Shown in pieces: positions 1 through 12,334 of a stretch of 64,000 nucleotides of DNA. The position numbers were made by a program, and so were the translations under genes. Under the pieces are notes generated by a model. The model was not told the DNA's origin and did not search any database. It was given only the letters and a program-made list of their open reading frames with translations. Numbering within the stretch: position 1 is the stretch's first letter; each line of letters opens with the position of its first letter. The stretch is from Tubiluchus corallicola. Lineage: Eukaryota > Animalia > Priapulida. The stretch is from positions 1-64,000 of the forward strand of contig JAQGDQ010001073.1 in assembly GCA_030141605.1 (NCBI GenBank), in the 5' to 3' direction.

Positions 1-139
1 TAACGTAGTTTCAACTATGCCGACTTATCGATGGTTTTGGTATGCAAGCACACTTTTGCCTAATCAAATTCCACGTTGGTGTTTTTCTGGAACAAATGAA
101 AGCCATTTTATACTCACAACCAGCAAGTTCTCTAGATAC

Positions 140-238
140 CTTATCAGATGTTTAATAATTATTGCTTGAATCTCTTCCCAGATGACAGTGAAATTAAAAC
201 CTTTCTTCTCAAGGTATTGTTGAAACTTCGGTAAAACC
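140..238 (-). pseudogene. Inverted duplicate of TTLL4-like exon 2156-2254 with both splice sites
   Basis: Exact reverse complement inside the left palindrome arm. Confidence 0.8.
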
Positions 239-1014
239 CTATGAAAAAATTGAATCCACAAATTAGCTATACAAAAACTGTTTTGTTACATAAATTAAAC
301 GCCTAATATGAATTTTGAAATAAAGCCCAGACTAGTGGCAATGTAGCAAGTGCCCAGACTAGTGGCCCATGTAGCAAGTTGGGCAAGAAGCTTCTGGCGC
401 CCTACCTTTTTAATGTTTTTATCATTTGTTTGAAGGTGAATTCTTTTCTATGCATTGGCCTAGAAAATTTTCTTGTAACACCACAGTCGTTAAACATTCA
501 GCTCTGTCATTAAAACATGCAAAGATTATGAAAGACACAGAACACTACAGGTTTTGAAAATAGTACAATAGGCATTTACAGAATGCATTTACAGACTGTA
601 TATAGTAATTAATTAGGTCAGCTACGATGGGCTGTGACTAGACAATTTTGTTGTTGCTGTTTGAAAACTTTTATTAACTGTTTGGTTAATTCCGGATCGC
701 TATTTAATAGTTAACAGTCATTGAAAAATTTTGCGCCCCCTCACCATTGCTTCATGAGGGTGGGTGTGATTGCCCCCTGCCGCAACCACCTTGCTAGGCT
801 TCTCGCCCAAACAGAGCTTGAGGCCAAAAGTGATTCCATTAAAATGAAAATACATGCATACATCATTAAAATTGAAAGCAAACCAGTGAAGCCTAAACAA
901 TCTCTGAAACTACTACGTATGTACAATAGTTACCAAATCAGATGCACACATAGAGTAATGCCATAAAATTAATTACGGTTAAAAAGATTAGCAAAATATG
1001 CATACAATTTAAAA

Positions 1015-1349
1015 GAAAATTTTCAACAATGATTGTATCTTTTTATCCAAAACTCATCAATATGGATAAATCAGCCATTTTAATAGTCATAACAGTTTGA
1101 TAAATGAAAATTTTCAGCAGTGATTGTATTTTTTCATCTAAAACTCATCGATATTGGATAAATCAGCTATTTTGATAGTCATAATAGTTTGATAAATGAA
1201 AATTTTCAACAATGATGGTATGTTTTAATCTAAAGCTCGTCGATATTGGTAAATCAGCTATTTTGATAGTCATAATAGTTTGATAAATGAAAATTTTCAA
1301 CAATGATTGTATGTTTTTATCTAAAAGCATCGATATTGGTAAATCAGAT
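1015..1349 (+). repeat. ~91-bp minisatellite, ~3.7 copies, forming the palindrome spacer
   Basis: Unit GAAAATTTTCAACAATGATTGTAT...TTTGATAAAT starts at 1015, 1106, 1198 and 1289. Confidence 0.9.
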
Positions 1350-2155
1350 ATATACAGAAAACACTCTTAATTTTTAATCTTTTAAATTGTATGCATATTT
1401 TGCTAATCTTTTTAACCGTAATTAATTTTATGGCATTACTCTATGTGTGCATCTGATTTGGTAACTATTGTACATACGTAGTAGTTTCAGAGATTGTTTA
1501 GGCTTCACTGGTTTGCTTTCAATTTTAATGATGTATGCATGTATTTTCATTTTAATGGAATCACTTTTGGCCTCAAGCTCTGTTTGGGCGAGAAGCCTAG
1601 CAAGGTGGTTGCGGCAGGGGGCAATCACACCCACCCTCATGAAGCAATGGTGAGGGGGCGCAAAATTTTTCAATGACTGTTAACTATTAAATAGCGATCC
1701 GGAATTAACCAAACAGTTAATAAAAGTTTTCAAACAGCAACAACAAAATTGTCTAGTCACAGCCCATCGTAGCTGACCTAATTAATTACTATATACAGTC
1801 TGTAAATGCATTCTGTAAATGCCTATTGTACTATTTTCAAAACCTGTAGTGTTCTGTGTCTTTCATAATCTTTGCATGTTTTAATGACAGAGCTGAATGT
1901 TTAACGACTGTGGTGTTACAAGAAAATTTTCTAGGCCAATGCATAGAAAAGAATTCACCTTCAAACAAATGATAAAAACATTAAAAAGGTAGGGCGCCAG
2001 AAGCTTCTTGCCCAACTTGCTACATGGGCCACTAGTCTGGGCACTTGCTACATTGCCACTAGTCTGGGCTTTATTTCAAAATTCATATTAGGCGTTTAAT
2101 TTATGTAACAAAACAGTTTTTGTATAGCTAATTTGTGGATTCAATTTTTTCATAG

Positions 2156-4215
2156 GGTTTTACCGAAGTTTCAACAATACCTTGAGAAGAAAGGTTTTAA
2201 TTTCACTGTCATCTGGGAAGAGATTCAAGCAATAATTATTAAACATCTGATAAGGTATCTAGAGAACTTGCTGGTTGTGAGTATAAAATGGCTTTCATTT
2301 GTTCCAGAAAAACACCAACGTGGAATTTGATTAGGCAAAAGTGTGCTTGCATACCAAAACCATCGATAAGTCGGCATAGTTGAAACTACGTTATGGTGCT
2401 TCAAAGTAGAAAGCACCAAAAATTTGGTCAAATATTGATTTTTTATTTTTTATTAAAACAAATGCTAAATATGTTGGACTTTTATATTTTAGCATCAAAT
2501 TATCAGGAAAATTGTTCAAAAAATACTAAAAATTTTATTTTACAACTTCTTGCCCACTTTTCTGTCTAGGAACTAGGACTGCATTTGTAAAAAAACTTGT
2601 ATTTTCTAACTCCGATTGTAGCTCGTGGAAGCAGCCATTTAGCTCCGGTTTTTCTGTTGACAAGACCAGATCTTCGTTAGGAAGAGCAACCTACTGGATT
2701 AAATGTAAGTTCAATTTGCTCTTGTCCACACTTTCGTGCAGTTGCTAAGTGTTTTTTATAGACGCTACAAGAAACAATGGCTGACTTTAACATTGATTTT
2801 GTCAATCCTATGTTTTTCAGTGCATAGACTGCATCTCAAATTTAACGTGGATTATCTCAGCTTAGAAATACTTGGTATCAAAGTGATCCTCGTGAAATGG
2901 AAATTCGGGATTGTGAATAACTAGAAAAGCTTAATTGCCGATTTATGAACGTTTTTGCTATGCAAGTTCCCAAATTATGCCAGTTATTCTTCACATAAAT
3001 TATGTTGTCTTGATCACATTTGTGTTAACATTATGCCATTTCATCTATTATGTTTCTTATTTAAATTGTATGGATCAAGGCCGGTTCCAGGTAACTTGAC
3101 GCCTTTGTCAAAAGTGTTTCAGCAGTCAACTTTGCAACCGTCTCCCCTTCCCCACACACCCTCGTGTGACCAAATGCAAAATACATTTTTGTATGTAATG
3201 AAGTATATTGGTACCTGTCTGTCAGACCTATACACGTATTATAGTGTACTAATTAGCTGAAGCTAATTACCTGGCCTGCAGCCACAGTTTAAACACTAGT
3301 ATTATATACTTACAGGCATATTATGTTTCGATAGGATCTTTGTACTGCGGTATTCGAATTTGACATTGATTAAAACGAATTTGAGGCTCTAAATAGCAAT
3401 TATGAATGTCTTTTTCAAAATAAACAATTTCAAATTTGATTAAACAAACTCAATTTCGGAATAACCAACATCATTTTCGGAATAAACAAGTTCAAATTCG
3501 CTTTATGTTATTGATTCATTACTATTAACTCGGTCACTGGCATGTTATGTTTCGATAAGATCTTTGCACTGCAGTAATCAAAATCAGTTTCGGAATAATC
3601 AACATCAAATTCCTTTAACCAATGTCAAATTCATATACTGCAGTACAAAGATCCTATAGAAACATAACATGCCTGTGATTGAATTAATAGCAATGAATCA
3701 GTAATATACAGCGAATTTGAATTTGTTTGTTCCGAAAATAATGTTGGTTATTTCGAAAGTGAGTTTGTTTAATCGAATTTGAAATTGTTTTATTCTGAAA
3801 ATGACATCATAATTACGAATTAGTTTGATAATTCCGAGTCTGACGTTATAATGTTGTAAAGGTACAGTTTATTTTATTAATTTCAGTAGTGAAGCAGTGC
3901 TGTACAATATGATGACGTCAAATGCGAAATCTTCTTATTGTTGCCATGAGCTGTACGGTTATGACATCATAATGGACGACAACCAGAAATTATGGCTTTT
4001 GGAAGTTAACGAATTTCCTGAGTAAGGACATGTCACGTGGGTTAAACTGGATGAAGGTGTAGCATGAAATCACAAGATTCTGAGTTCGAATGCTGGCTCA
4101 TTATTTACGAAGCTTATAATTCTTAGCACTTTCGCCCTTTCATTAAGTAACTGTTAGGTTATTTGTTGATTACAAATTATAAAGCATGCACTTATCAAGC
4201 CTGCTTTACTGTACA

Positions 4216-4265
<50 letters not shown>

Positions 4266-5733
4266 AAAACGTCATAATTACATAATAAATGATAATGTTG
4301 TTGGGATTTTTTCAGTATAGGATATGATGAGGGTCGTGAAATGGTGCAAGATTACCTTAATTTAGCTGGATATCGTGTTCCAAAAAAGTCGATTCTACTG
4401 CAGTCATCATCATCATTTCCAGTGACAAATAAAAGGCAGATGTCTTTTCTTTTTCTTTTTTCCTCTTTTCTTTCTTTTGTCTTTTCTTTCTATTACATAC
4501 AGTTACTAATGCTGTTTTTGATATGCCGTTTTAGTACTTTAAAATAAAAACAATTGACTCTCATAATAACTGATTTCAATTATTATTATGAGACTAAATG
4601 ATATAATGCACTAAAACAGCATATCAAAAACAGCATTAACAACTGTATGTAACATAAATGTTTTATATATATATTTGTGTGTATGCATATACGTGCACAC
4701 ATACATACATACATACACACATACATACATACATGTATATATATTATCTTTATTTGCTCATGAATTCCGGAATTACGTGGTCCACACAAAAATAAAAGGA
4801 ACGCTGTAAAATATTTAAAATAAAAATATATTATCTAATTTTGTATCTAATTTTCAGAGCTACATTGAAATATTCAGAAGATTTAGTTGGACCTCGCATG
4901 GATCAGTTTCTAGGTGAATCAGACCTGTTGCCATTCGAGAAAGAAAAACGTACATATTTCACCACTAATGCAACAGAAAAGGCAAGATAAAATAAAAGCT
5001 TGATAGGAAAATTCTAATAGAGTAACAACTCATGACTTTCATAGTAAAAAACTTTTAATGTGCTGATTATAAAAGAAATGATAATGTTAAGAAAATGAGA
5101 ATAATAATGATTATTATGATAATAACAATAATGATAATAACATTAATAAGAATGATGATGATGATCATGACAACAATGATGACGATGCCAACATTGATGA
5201 AGACAAGAACAACGACAACAACTACTACTACTACAACAACAACAGCAGCAAAAACAACAACAACAAATGTCTTAAGCTAAAAGCAATTCCAAATAAGAAA
5301 ACATGTTACAGATGTTTCTTCTTCTTTTACCACTGATATTGCTACTAAAATGATAAAGAAACAATCCATGACAACTGTACATTAAAATTTAATGCACACG
5401 TCTTGTTTCAAACGTCTTATATAACTACTCTCCAATCCTCGTTTAGCGAGTATCTTATTCCTAGCGTCTCAACACATAATAATAAATTTAATTAACTGAA
5501 ATGTGTATTGTTATTTTTGCAGGATGTTTTAGCTCACATTCTTGATGATTTAACACCAGCTGATGTACGTGAACTAGTAGAAGCAGAAGACGAGCATCAT
5601 CGACGTGGAAGCTTCCAGAGAATCTTTCCTAGTCCAACGTCCCACAAATATTTTAAATATTTTGGGAAAAGACGTTATAGTAACTTGTTACTAGATGCTT
5701 GGACGAGGAGGTACCACAATGATCCGGAGAAAG
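2156..5733 (+). CDS. TTLL4: Tubulin polyglutamylase TTLL4-like, 3' part (5' exons not in window)
   Basis: Phase-consistent exons 2156-2254, 3887-4021, 4316-4435, 4858-4981, 5523-5733. Peptides: WVLPKFQQYLEKKGFNFTVIWEEIQAIIIKHLIS/SEAV...CHELYGYDIIMDDNQKLWLLEVN...EMVQDYLNLAGYRVP...ILDDLTPADVRELVEAEDEHHRRGSFQRIFPS...RYSNLLL. These match the TTL-domain C-terminus and the TTLL4-type tail. Possible last exon from 8007 (GWQKEKLTYLNIMCW*). Confidence 0.85.
3313..3815. mobile_element. Foldback/MITE-like imperfect inverted repeat in a TTLL4 intron
   Basis: Block A (3313-3385, partly repeated at 3538-3580) is inverted at 3606-3675. Block B (~3395-3535) is inverted at ~3676-3815. Confidence 0.6.
4493..4652. 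repeat. Intronic hairpin with ~45-bp imperfect arms (MITE-like)
   Basis: TTACATACAGTTACTAATGCTGTTTTTGATATGCCGTTTTAGT versus ACTAAAACAGCATATCAAAAACAGCATTAACAACTGTATGTAA. Confidence 0.75.
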
Positions 5734-5766
5734 GTAACATTTGTGTTAAACATTCATTCAATTTTA

Positions 5767-6050
<284 letters not shown>

Positions 6051-6077
6051 TGACATCTTTTAATTTTCCTTTTTAGG

Positions 6078-7700
6078 CTATATATTCCACATATAACCTA
6101 TATCACTAACCAAATAATAATGCGTGGCAAATTTCCTGATCAATGCAAAACAGCTAATATTACACCAATCCACAAAAAGAATGCTAAAGATGAACCAGTA
6201 AATTACAGACCAGTATCAATAGTTCATTGTATGAGTAAAATTTGGGAAAGAGTAATCTATAATCAAATTATTACATATGTCAATCAAAATGAACTCTACC
6301 GAAACATCAATTCGGATTTAGAAAAAAACATTCAACTGTGGATGCTATAATAAACGTAACTGAAAACTGGCGAGATAATCTTGATAAAAACAAATATGTG
6401 GCAGCAGCTTTTCTAGATTTAAATAAAGCTTTCGACAGTTTAAATCACACACTACTATTAGATAATTTGAAAGAACTTGGATTTGAACAATCAGCATTAA
6501 AATTAATTAATGATTACCTACAAAATAGAAAGCAGCGGGTTAAAATAAACTCTACAACATTCTCAGATTGGGCTAACCTTCAACGAGGTATCCCACAGGG
6601 CACACTGTTGGGACCTCTACTGTTTAACCTTTACATCAACAATATTTCTAACGTTCTACAACATTCAAGTATTACGCAATATGCAGATGACACGACTATT
6701 TATCTGGCTCACGAGAATATCAGCATTGCAAAACAGTACTTAGAAAAAGACATAAAGAATATCAACATGGCATTTAATTATTACAAGCTAAAAATGAATA
6801 GTGACAAAACAGAATTTATGGTATTATCCCCAACAATTAACAATACTGAAAATACAGCTGCTATATCCTTGCAAATAGAAAATGATGTTATCGTGCAGTC
6901 AAAAGTTGTTAATTTCTTAGGCGTTAAGTTGGACAACATGCTTACATGGGAAGAGCAGTTTATCAACATTTATAAAAAAATGGCATTAAGTACTTCGTAC
7001 CTTCGACAAATCAGAGGACAGCTATCAAAACAAACAAAAATTCTAATTTACAAAACTTTAATTTTGCCCCATTATTTATATGCCTGCATACTGTACCAAA
7101 AAGTGAAAAGAGAGTCATACATCAAGTTAAATGTACTGCAAAAGTACGCTTTACGATTAGTTAATGGCCATTCTTTGAAATCATCTTACAATACAAGTAA
7201 ATATTCTGCCACCTCTTTAAGAAACTCCATGAAACTCCCGATACTAGAAGCCCACAGAGATTATCAAACTCTCCTGTTTCTCTATAAATATATCAACAAT
7301 ATTAATGCTCCCTTCAAAAACAATAAGCTCCCACTTCTTAAAAACCCCAGTATGAATAACAGAACACTAAATTTAAGAAACATTAGAACGAACACCCAAT
7401 ATGGAAAGAATTCCATTACAACTTTGGAATTCATTACCGACATCACTAAAACACAGCAGCTCTTTATCAATATTCAAGTCTAAATTAAAAAAACATTTAA
7501 TGACTCGTTTTGAATATCCGACATACGAACACGATGATACTTACTCAAATCATAATTTCATTTTTCCTAGACCTTACTAAACTAGTTTATATTTTATTTT
7601 TTGAATTTCTAGTTGCACTTATAGTTTAGCTTGCACCAGACGCATTTGCCCAGAACAGTGTATGTTTTTTATATGAACTAACACTGATTGTCTGTCTTTT
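6078..7700 (+). mobile_element. 5'-truncated CR1/L2-group LINE with frameshifted reverse transcriptase
   Basis: RT motifs: KTANITPIHKK, NYRPVS, QFGFRKKHST (across a frameshift near 6300), FLDLNKAFD, GIPQGTLLGPLLFNLYIN, YADD, FLGVKLD. Confidence 0.92.
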
Positions 7701-7741
7701 ATTATGATGGTCAATGTTTTAAAAAATTCAAATAAAGATTT

Positions 7742-7901
7742 TACTACTACTACTACTATGTTGTTGTTGTCATTGTCATTATTATTATTATTATCATTGT
7801 TGTTGTTATTATTATTATTATTATTATTATTGTTATTATTGTTACTGTTATTGTTATTGTTATTTATTGTTATTGTTATTGTTATTGTTATTGTTATTGT
7901 T

Positions 7902-7952
<51 letters not shown>

Positions 7953-7980
7953 ATTATCACTATCGTTATTATTATTATGA
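7742..7980 (+). repeat. Compound (TAC)/(TTG)/(TTA)/(TTATTG) microsatellite
   Basis: Read directly. Confidence 0.9.
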
Positions 7981-8170
7981 CATCTTTTAATTTTTGTTTT
8001 TTTTAGGCTGGCAAAAAGAAAAATTGACGTACCTGAATATCATGTGCTGGTAACTTCTTATGCAGTCAATTATACTCTTTCTTTAACTTGTTGTATTTCA
8101 AACCAGTGATGTTTAGTTACAATTTTTTTTAAAGTTCTTACTTTGGTACATACTGTTATTTTATATACTA

Positions 8171-8212
8171 TATTCGGCTGATGAGGTCTGTTCAGACGAA
8201 AGCTACTGAATA
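8171..8212 (+). ncRNA. Minimal type-I hammerhead ribozyme (Penelope-associated type)
   Basis: UAUUCGG-CUGAUGAG-GUCU(GUUC)AGAC-GAAA-GC-UA^-CUGAAUA. It has the full core, a 7-bp stem I (one G-U), a 4-bp stem II and a palindromic AGCU in place of stem III. Confidence 0.75.
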
Positions 8213-8352
8213 AATATTTTAATCTTTGAGACTATAATGGGCATTACGTTTTTTTCTGTATATCTTTAATGACCTAAAATCTGGGCACTACAGAGCTATG
8301 GTAAAATTCTTCAACTATAGATATGGTACTCGATGTTCTGCAATCTGTGTAG

Positions 8353-9636
8353 AAAATGGTATTAGCCTTTTTTAAAGCCATTTTGGGTAAATGTATATAT
8401 GTTCTTAGTTGCCATGTTTTAAATACTGGTAATGGTTTCTCATAGTGTTAGTATAAGTAAATATAGCAAACTTTGTTTTAGCCAAAAAATAAACTACTAA
8501 AAAAATTTGAAAGCATGCCAAACCTACAAAAGTGCAGCATCGTTTAAGCATTAAACTACATTGATCTCAAAACTCTGACAGAAAAAGGAAACAATAGATG
8601 AAATGACAAGTTAACTGTCAAATGTTAGGGAAATGACAGACACTGAAAGAAAGAAATCAGAGCATGCTCTTACACTATTGATTTTGTTGTGAACTCTGTT
8701 TATAATTTCATCACTGATATCTTATTATATGTACAGTAATTTGATAAACCAAACATTTTATATAATAGTCAGTAATTGATGATTTGGTTAGCTAATTAAA
8801 AGACATCTTATTTCAATGCTTTAGCCGTTAGCTTAACCGTTGATCATATTATCAATTAATATGAACTGGTTTGTTAATTTACTAGGCATACCTAAGCATT
8901 TCAGTGTTTTTTTGTTCCATTTCATGTAATGACTAATCAAAATGGCTACATTAATGCAGTAGCAAATCTTCGTGTAAAGTTTGGTAGAATAAAGATAATT
9001 ACGAAAAACTGACAAATGTTGTTACTAGCTCGCAAGAAAAGTTACTCAAACGCCAATGTAACATTTTGCGACACAAATAAGGCTTCTCATGTGGATTTAG
9101 AGGATGAAATCTTACTTTCATGTTGGTGATAAAATGTTAATACATTCTGCAAAGAAACAAAATGCTATTAATAAAATTTCATGTTATTTGTAACCAGTTC
9201 TCATGTTATTGATAAAATTTTATTTTATAAAAGCGTTCAATTTTAATTTATACTGTTTGTGACATATATTAGCATTTAAATTTTTCAGTCTGATAGAACA
9301 GTTGAACAAAATTGGCATTGAGCTTGAATTGAAACTAGGATCACTGAATTACTATTTTAACATCATAATGGCCCCTGTATAAAGCGAGTGCTCAATCTAC
9401 TCTTCTTCCTTTCACTTCCTGTTTGTAGCGGCTCGTGTATAGTACTGTGGAACTGCAGCACCCCCTATTATCGATAATATTCAATATAAGTAATTTTTCT
9501 TTAGCTCTTACTTTACAATTGCAGGGTCCAGACACTGTTTGCTTCACAACCTAGCAGAGTGTGCTCACAGCTTAAGGAACGTGATGTTTCTCTGTTGTGC
9601 GCATGCTCATGCATAATATGATTGAGATATGATGGT
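8353..9636 (+). repeat. ~1.28-kb segmental duplication, copy 1 (direct repeat of 32971-34252)
   Basis: Near-identical from AAAATGRTATTAGCCTTTTTTAAAGCC to ATTGAGATATGATGGT. Confidence 0.95.
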
Positions 9637-10405
9637 GCACTTCAGGTAGAAAGAGTACTGTCGCTCACGCAGTGTGTGTTGTCAGCTTAAAAACTGTTTA
9701 AAAACCTTGTACCCGCACATTCATGAACTGCGAGATTTAGGCAATTTCATGAGCAAACAATATTTCTTTTTAGGATTTTATCAACTTTATGTATAAATTT
9801 TCGTATGTTTGTTTGTTTAAAATTACAATTACAAGTTACAACATTAAGATTACATAATTTATTATGTTTGTTTCGTTTTACACAGTATTAAAAGAATATC
9901 TAAAATTTTTTGAAGCCAGCACCACATATAATTTTAGGTACAAGCCGCCACTTCTTCCTTTTAATCAAACTTAGTCACTGTGTCTCAGACACAAGGTCTC
10001 TGGTTCAAATCCAGGCTGTGATCCAATTTCTTCACATTTCAAGTTTTATATCAAAATTTGTCTTTCATTTTCTCTCTTTCATCTTCCACACTTATCATTA
10101 AGTTTTATAAAAAGAAATAATCGTTTTATTCATTACATCAACTCCACAGCTAGATGTGCTGTACATGATGTATAACTATGTCTCAATTTGTCTTCGTTAA
10201 ATTTCGTATCAACAAAAATCTTGGAAATTATGTTGAATTAGAAAAAAACAAATATTTGGTATAATTTAATGATTTTATTTCATGTAAGATTTCATTTTTT
10301 CCACACAAATAAACTTGAAATTGTTCCTTCAATATTCAATTTCAAAGACGGACAAGTTCCAATTATTTCTGTCTTTCTATTTTATTCCTTTACAGGTCAC
10401 TCATC

Positions 10406-11082
10406 CTACAGCCATTTGAATCCCGAAGTTTTACCGGTATTATTTGGATCGCTCGGTCCATCGGTCATTTTATCCAAATCGCCACCTTTTTTGCTCAACA
10501 CGCAAGTACCGGCCGTGGATCCCCAGTGGTCGTGGCGGGTGCCCCATCTGCCCGGGAACTCCCAGGTCATCTCCTGCACGTCTTCCCAGGTGCGCCATTC
10601 AGTGCCGCCATCTGCAGTCACATCTTGGAGTATATTGATACCGAGTACATCTTTGTACGGGTCAACGCCGGGGACGAAGTAGGTTCCATGAGAAGCGTGT
10701 GCGATGTAGACCACTGGATGGTACTGATCCACTTTCTGGATCTTCGGATCACTGAACGACCAGTCATACGCGTTGCTGGATCCGTGAGCATGCACGTACA
10801 CGCGCGTGATCTTGCTGTTCACCAGGAGGACGCTGATATTCTCCCAGTCACCAAAATGGTTTCCCAACCTTTGGAATCCAACTTGTTTGCCGCCATTGAA
10901 CGGAAAGTAGATGTTATACTGAATTTCCATGGTATTTCCGGACTCCTTGTATCTGACATAGATGGGCACCCGTCCTGGTTCAGTGCCGATGACGTACGAA
11001 GGTAGACCTCTGTTATGCAGCATAGAGTGACCACTGTCCACCTTGTCATTTGGAATCAAAAAAATGGTGTTGTCTAAAACAG
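10406..11082 (-). CDS. Vps62/DUF946-like protein, terminal exon (N-terminus not located)
   Basis: Motifs IQYNIYFPFNG, GNHFGDWENISV, VYVHAHG, HPVVYIAHASHGTY and WEFPGRWG are typical of Vps62-related proteins. A TTTCAG acceptor precedes 11082; the stop is at 10406. Confidence 0.75.
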
Positions 11083-11585
11083 CTGAAATAGAAAAGAGGA
11101 TTAAAAGTGTAATCCCGTAGACATGTACTTGATTTAAAAGACAAGAAAAGACACTTTATAATTAAAGTTTGAAAAAATGGTCTTGAAATTTTGTATCAGG
11201 TACATGCTGTATTATTGCATAAAGAGCTAGCCATAGCAGTAACGCTGTTTAAAACTTATAAATGTAAACTCCCATGATGCAGCAAATTTAATGGCCATTT
11301 GTTTGAAATAAGTTTAAACAACGTTGCAGAAAGTTTGAACAAATTACTTCATTAACTAAGCAAAAGTGTAAATTACTTTATATTGTCAATAAGATTAATA
11401 ATTGTGTGTCAGAGTTGTACACTGGGATAGGTGAGTCAGTGTTTCACATGAACATTTTAAATTATTAAGAATTACTTTTCCAATAATTCTTTCAAACAGG
11501 TAAGCATAATGCTAGCATAATTTTGTATGGAAAATTGCCTTATACTTTAAAAATCACTGTTCTTTTCCTTCTTTAAAATAATGCA

Positions 11586-11691
11586 CGTGCACACACACAC
11601 GTGTGCATGCAACACACACACGTGCATGCACGCAAACACTCACACACACATATGCGCACGCATGTATGCAAACACTCACTCACGCACACAT

Positions 11692-11777
<86 letters not shown>
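11586..11777 (+). repeat. (CA)n microsatellite
   Basis: Read directly. Confidence 0.95.
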
Positions 11778-11779
<2 letters not shown>

Positions 11780-11943
11780 TTGTAGTTTCGAGTCTTCTGC
11801 CACATTTCCAGAATACTACTTCGTTAATTTGCAATGGTTTCATGCAACTGTATTTTAGCTTCGACATATTTTAACGAAAAAAAGTAAAACAGTTAAATCT
11901 TGTCTGCATGACAAGTAATAATCAAATTTCAAATTTATCGTTG

Positions 11944-12032
11944 GTTCGTCGCAATCTAACACATCTGAACTGAGCAGCTGCTTTTGTTTTGTGCAATGCG
12001 CTTTTAAAATGCGGACGCTAGAGCCCGTCTAG
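11944..12032 (+). mobile_element. Dispersed repeat ending in a hairpin + CTAG (Helitron 3'-end-like); second copy at 25002-25094
   Basis: GTTCGTCGCAA.CTAACACATCTGAACT...TTTTGTGCAATGCG...GCTAG.GCCCGTCTA is shared by both copies. Confidence 0.45.
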
Positions 12033-12185
12033 ACAGCAAATGGTGAAATGCATGTAACAGTCAAGAACTAGTGATGTGAACTAGCAATAATTCTTTTTGG
12101 TCTAGAGTTTTAGATTGCTCCGCTGCTTTGAAACGTTCTGCTTTAAAAGCGAGGTATATCCCTATTGCTAGATGTCCTAGTTTTG

Positions 12186-12290
12186 CGCTAATGCGTCCAC
12201 TTTCAATCTGGAAGCTTGTGAGTTCGATACTGCCAGTGGTCATACCCAAGACTTTAAAAATGGTACGTGCTGTTGCCCTGCCTGGCGCGT
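12186..12290 (+). mobile_element. tRNA-derived SINE relic
   Basis: B-box GAGTTCGATAC followed by GTCATACCCAAGACTTTAAAAATGGTAC...CCCTGCCTGGCGC, a central domain I recognise from widespread metazoan SINEs. Confidence 0.6.
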
Positions 12291-12334
12291 GATATTTTGT
12301 GCTGATTTAAACTTGTGTTGCCCCCTCTTTTCTG

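Larger units (their letters stand above)
1..2393. repeat. Large inverted repeat (palindrome): arms 1-1016 and 1378-2393 with a 361-bp spacer; the left arm runs off the window edge
   Basis: Position p pairs with 2394-p. Four identical ORFs are mirrored (e.g. 64..261- / 2133..2330+). No mismatches seen by eye; pairing breaks at 1017/1377. Confidence 0.97.

Noticed and set aside
1-2393. Palindrome as a plain foldback transposon
   Set aside because: The arms include a host coding exon with its intron flanks, so this is a duplication of genic DNA.
4055-4100. tRNA genes at B-box-like motifs (4083, 9995, 12220)
   Set aside because: No cloverleaf can be formed; these are at best degenerate SINE heads.
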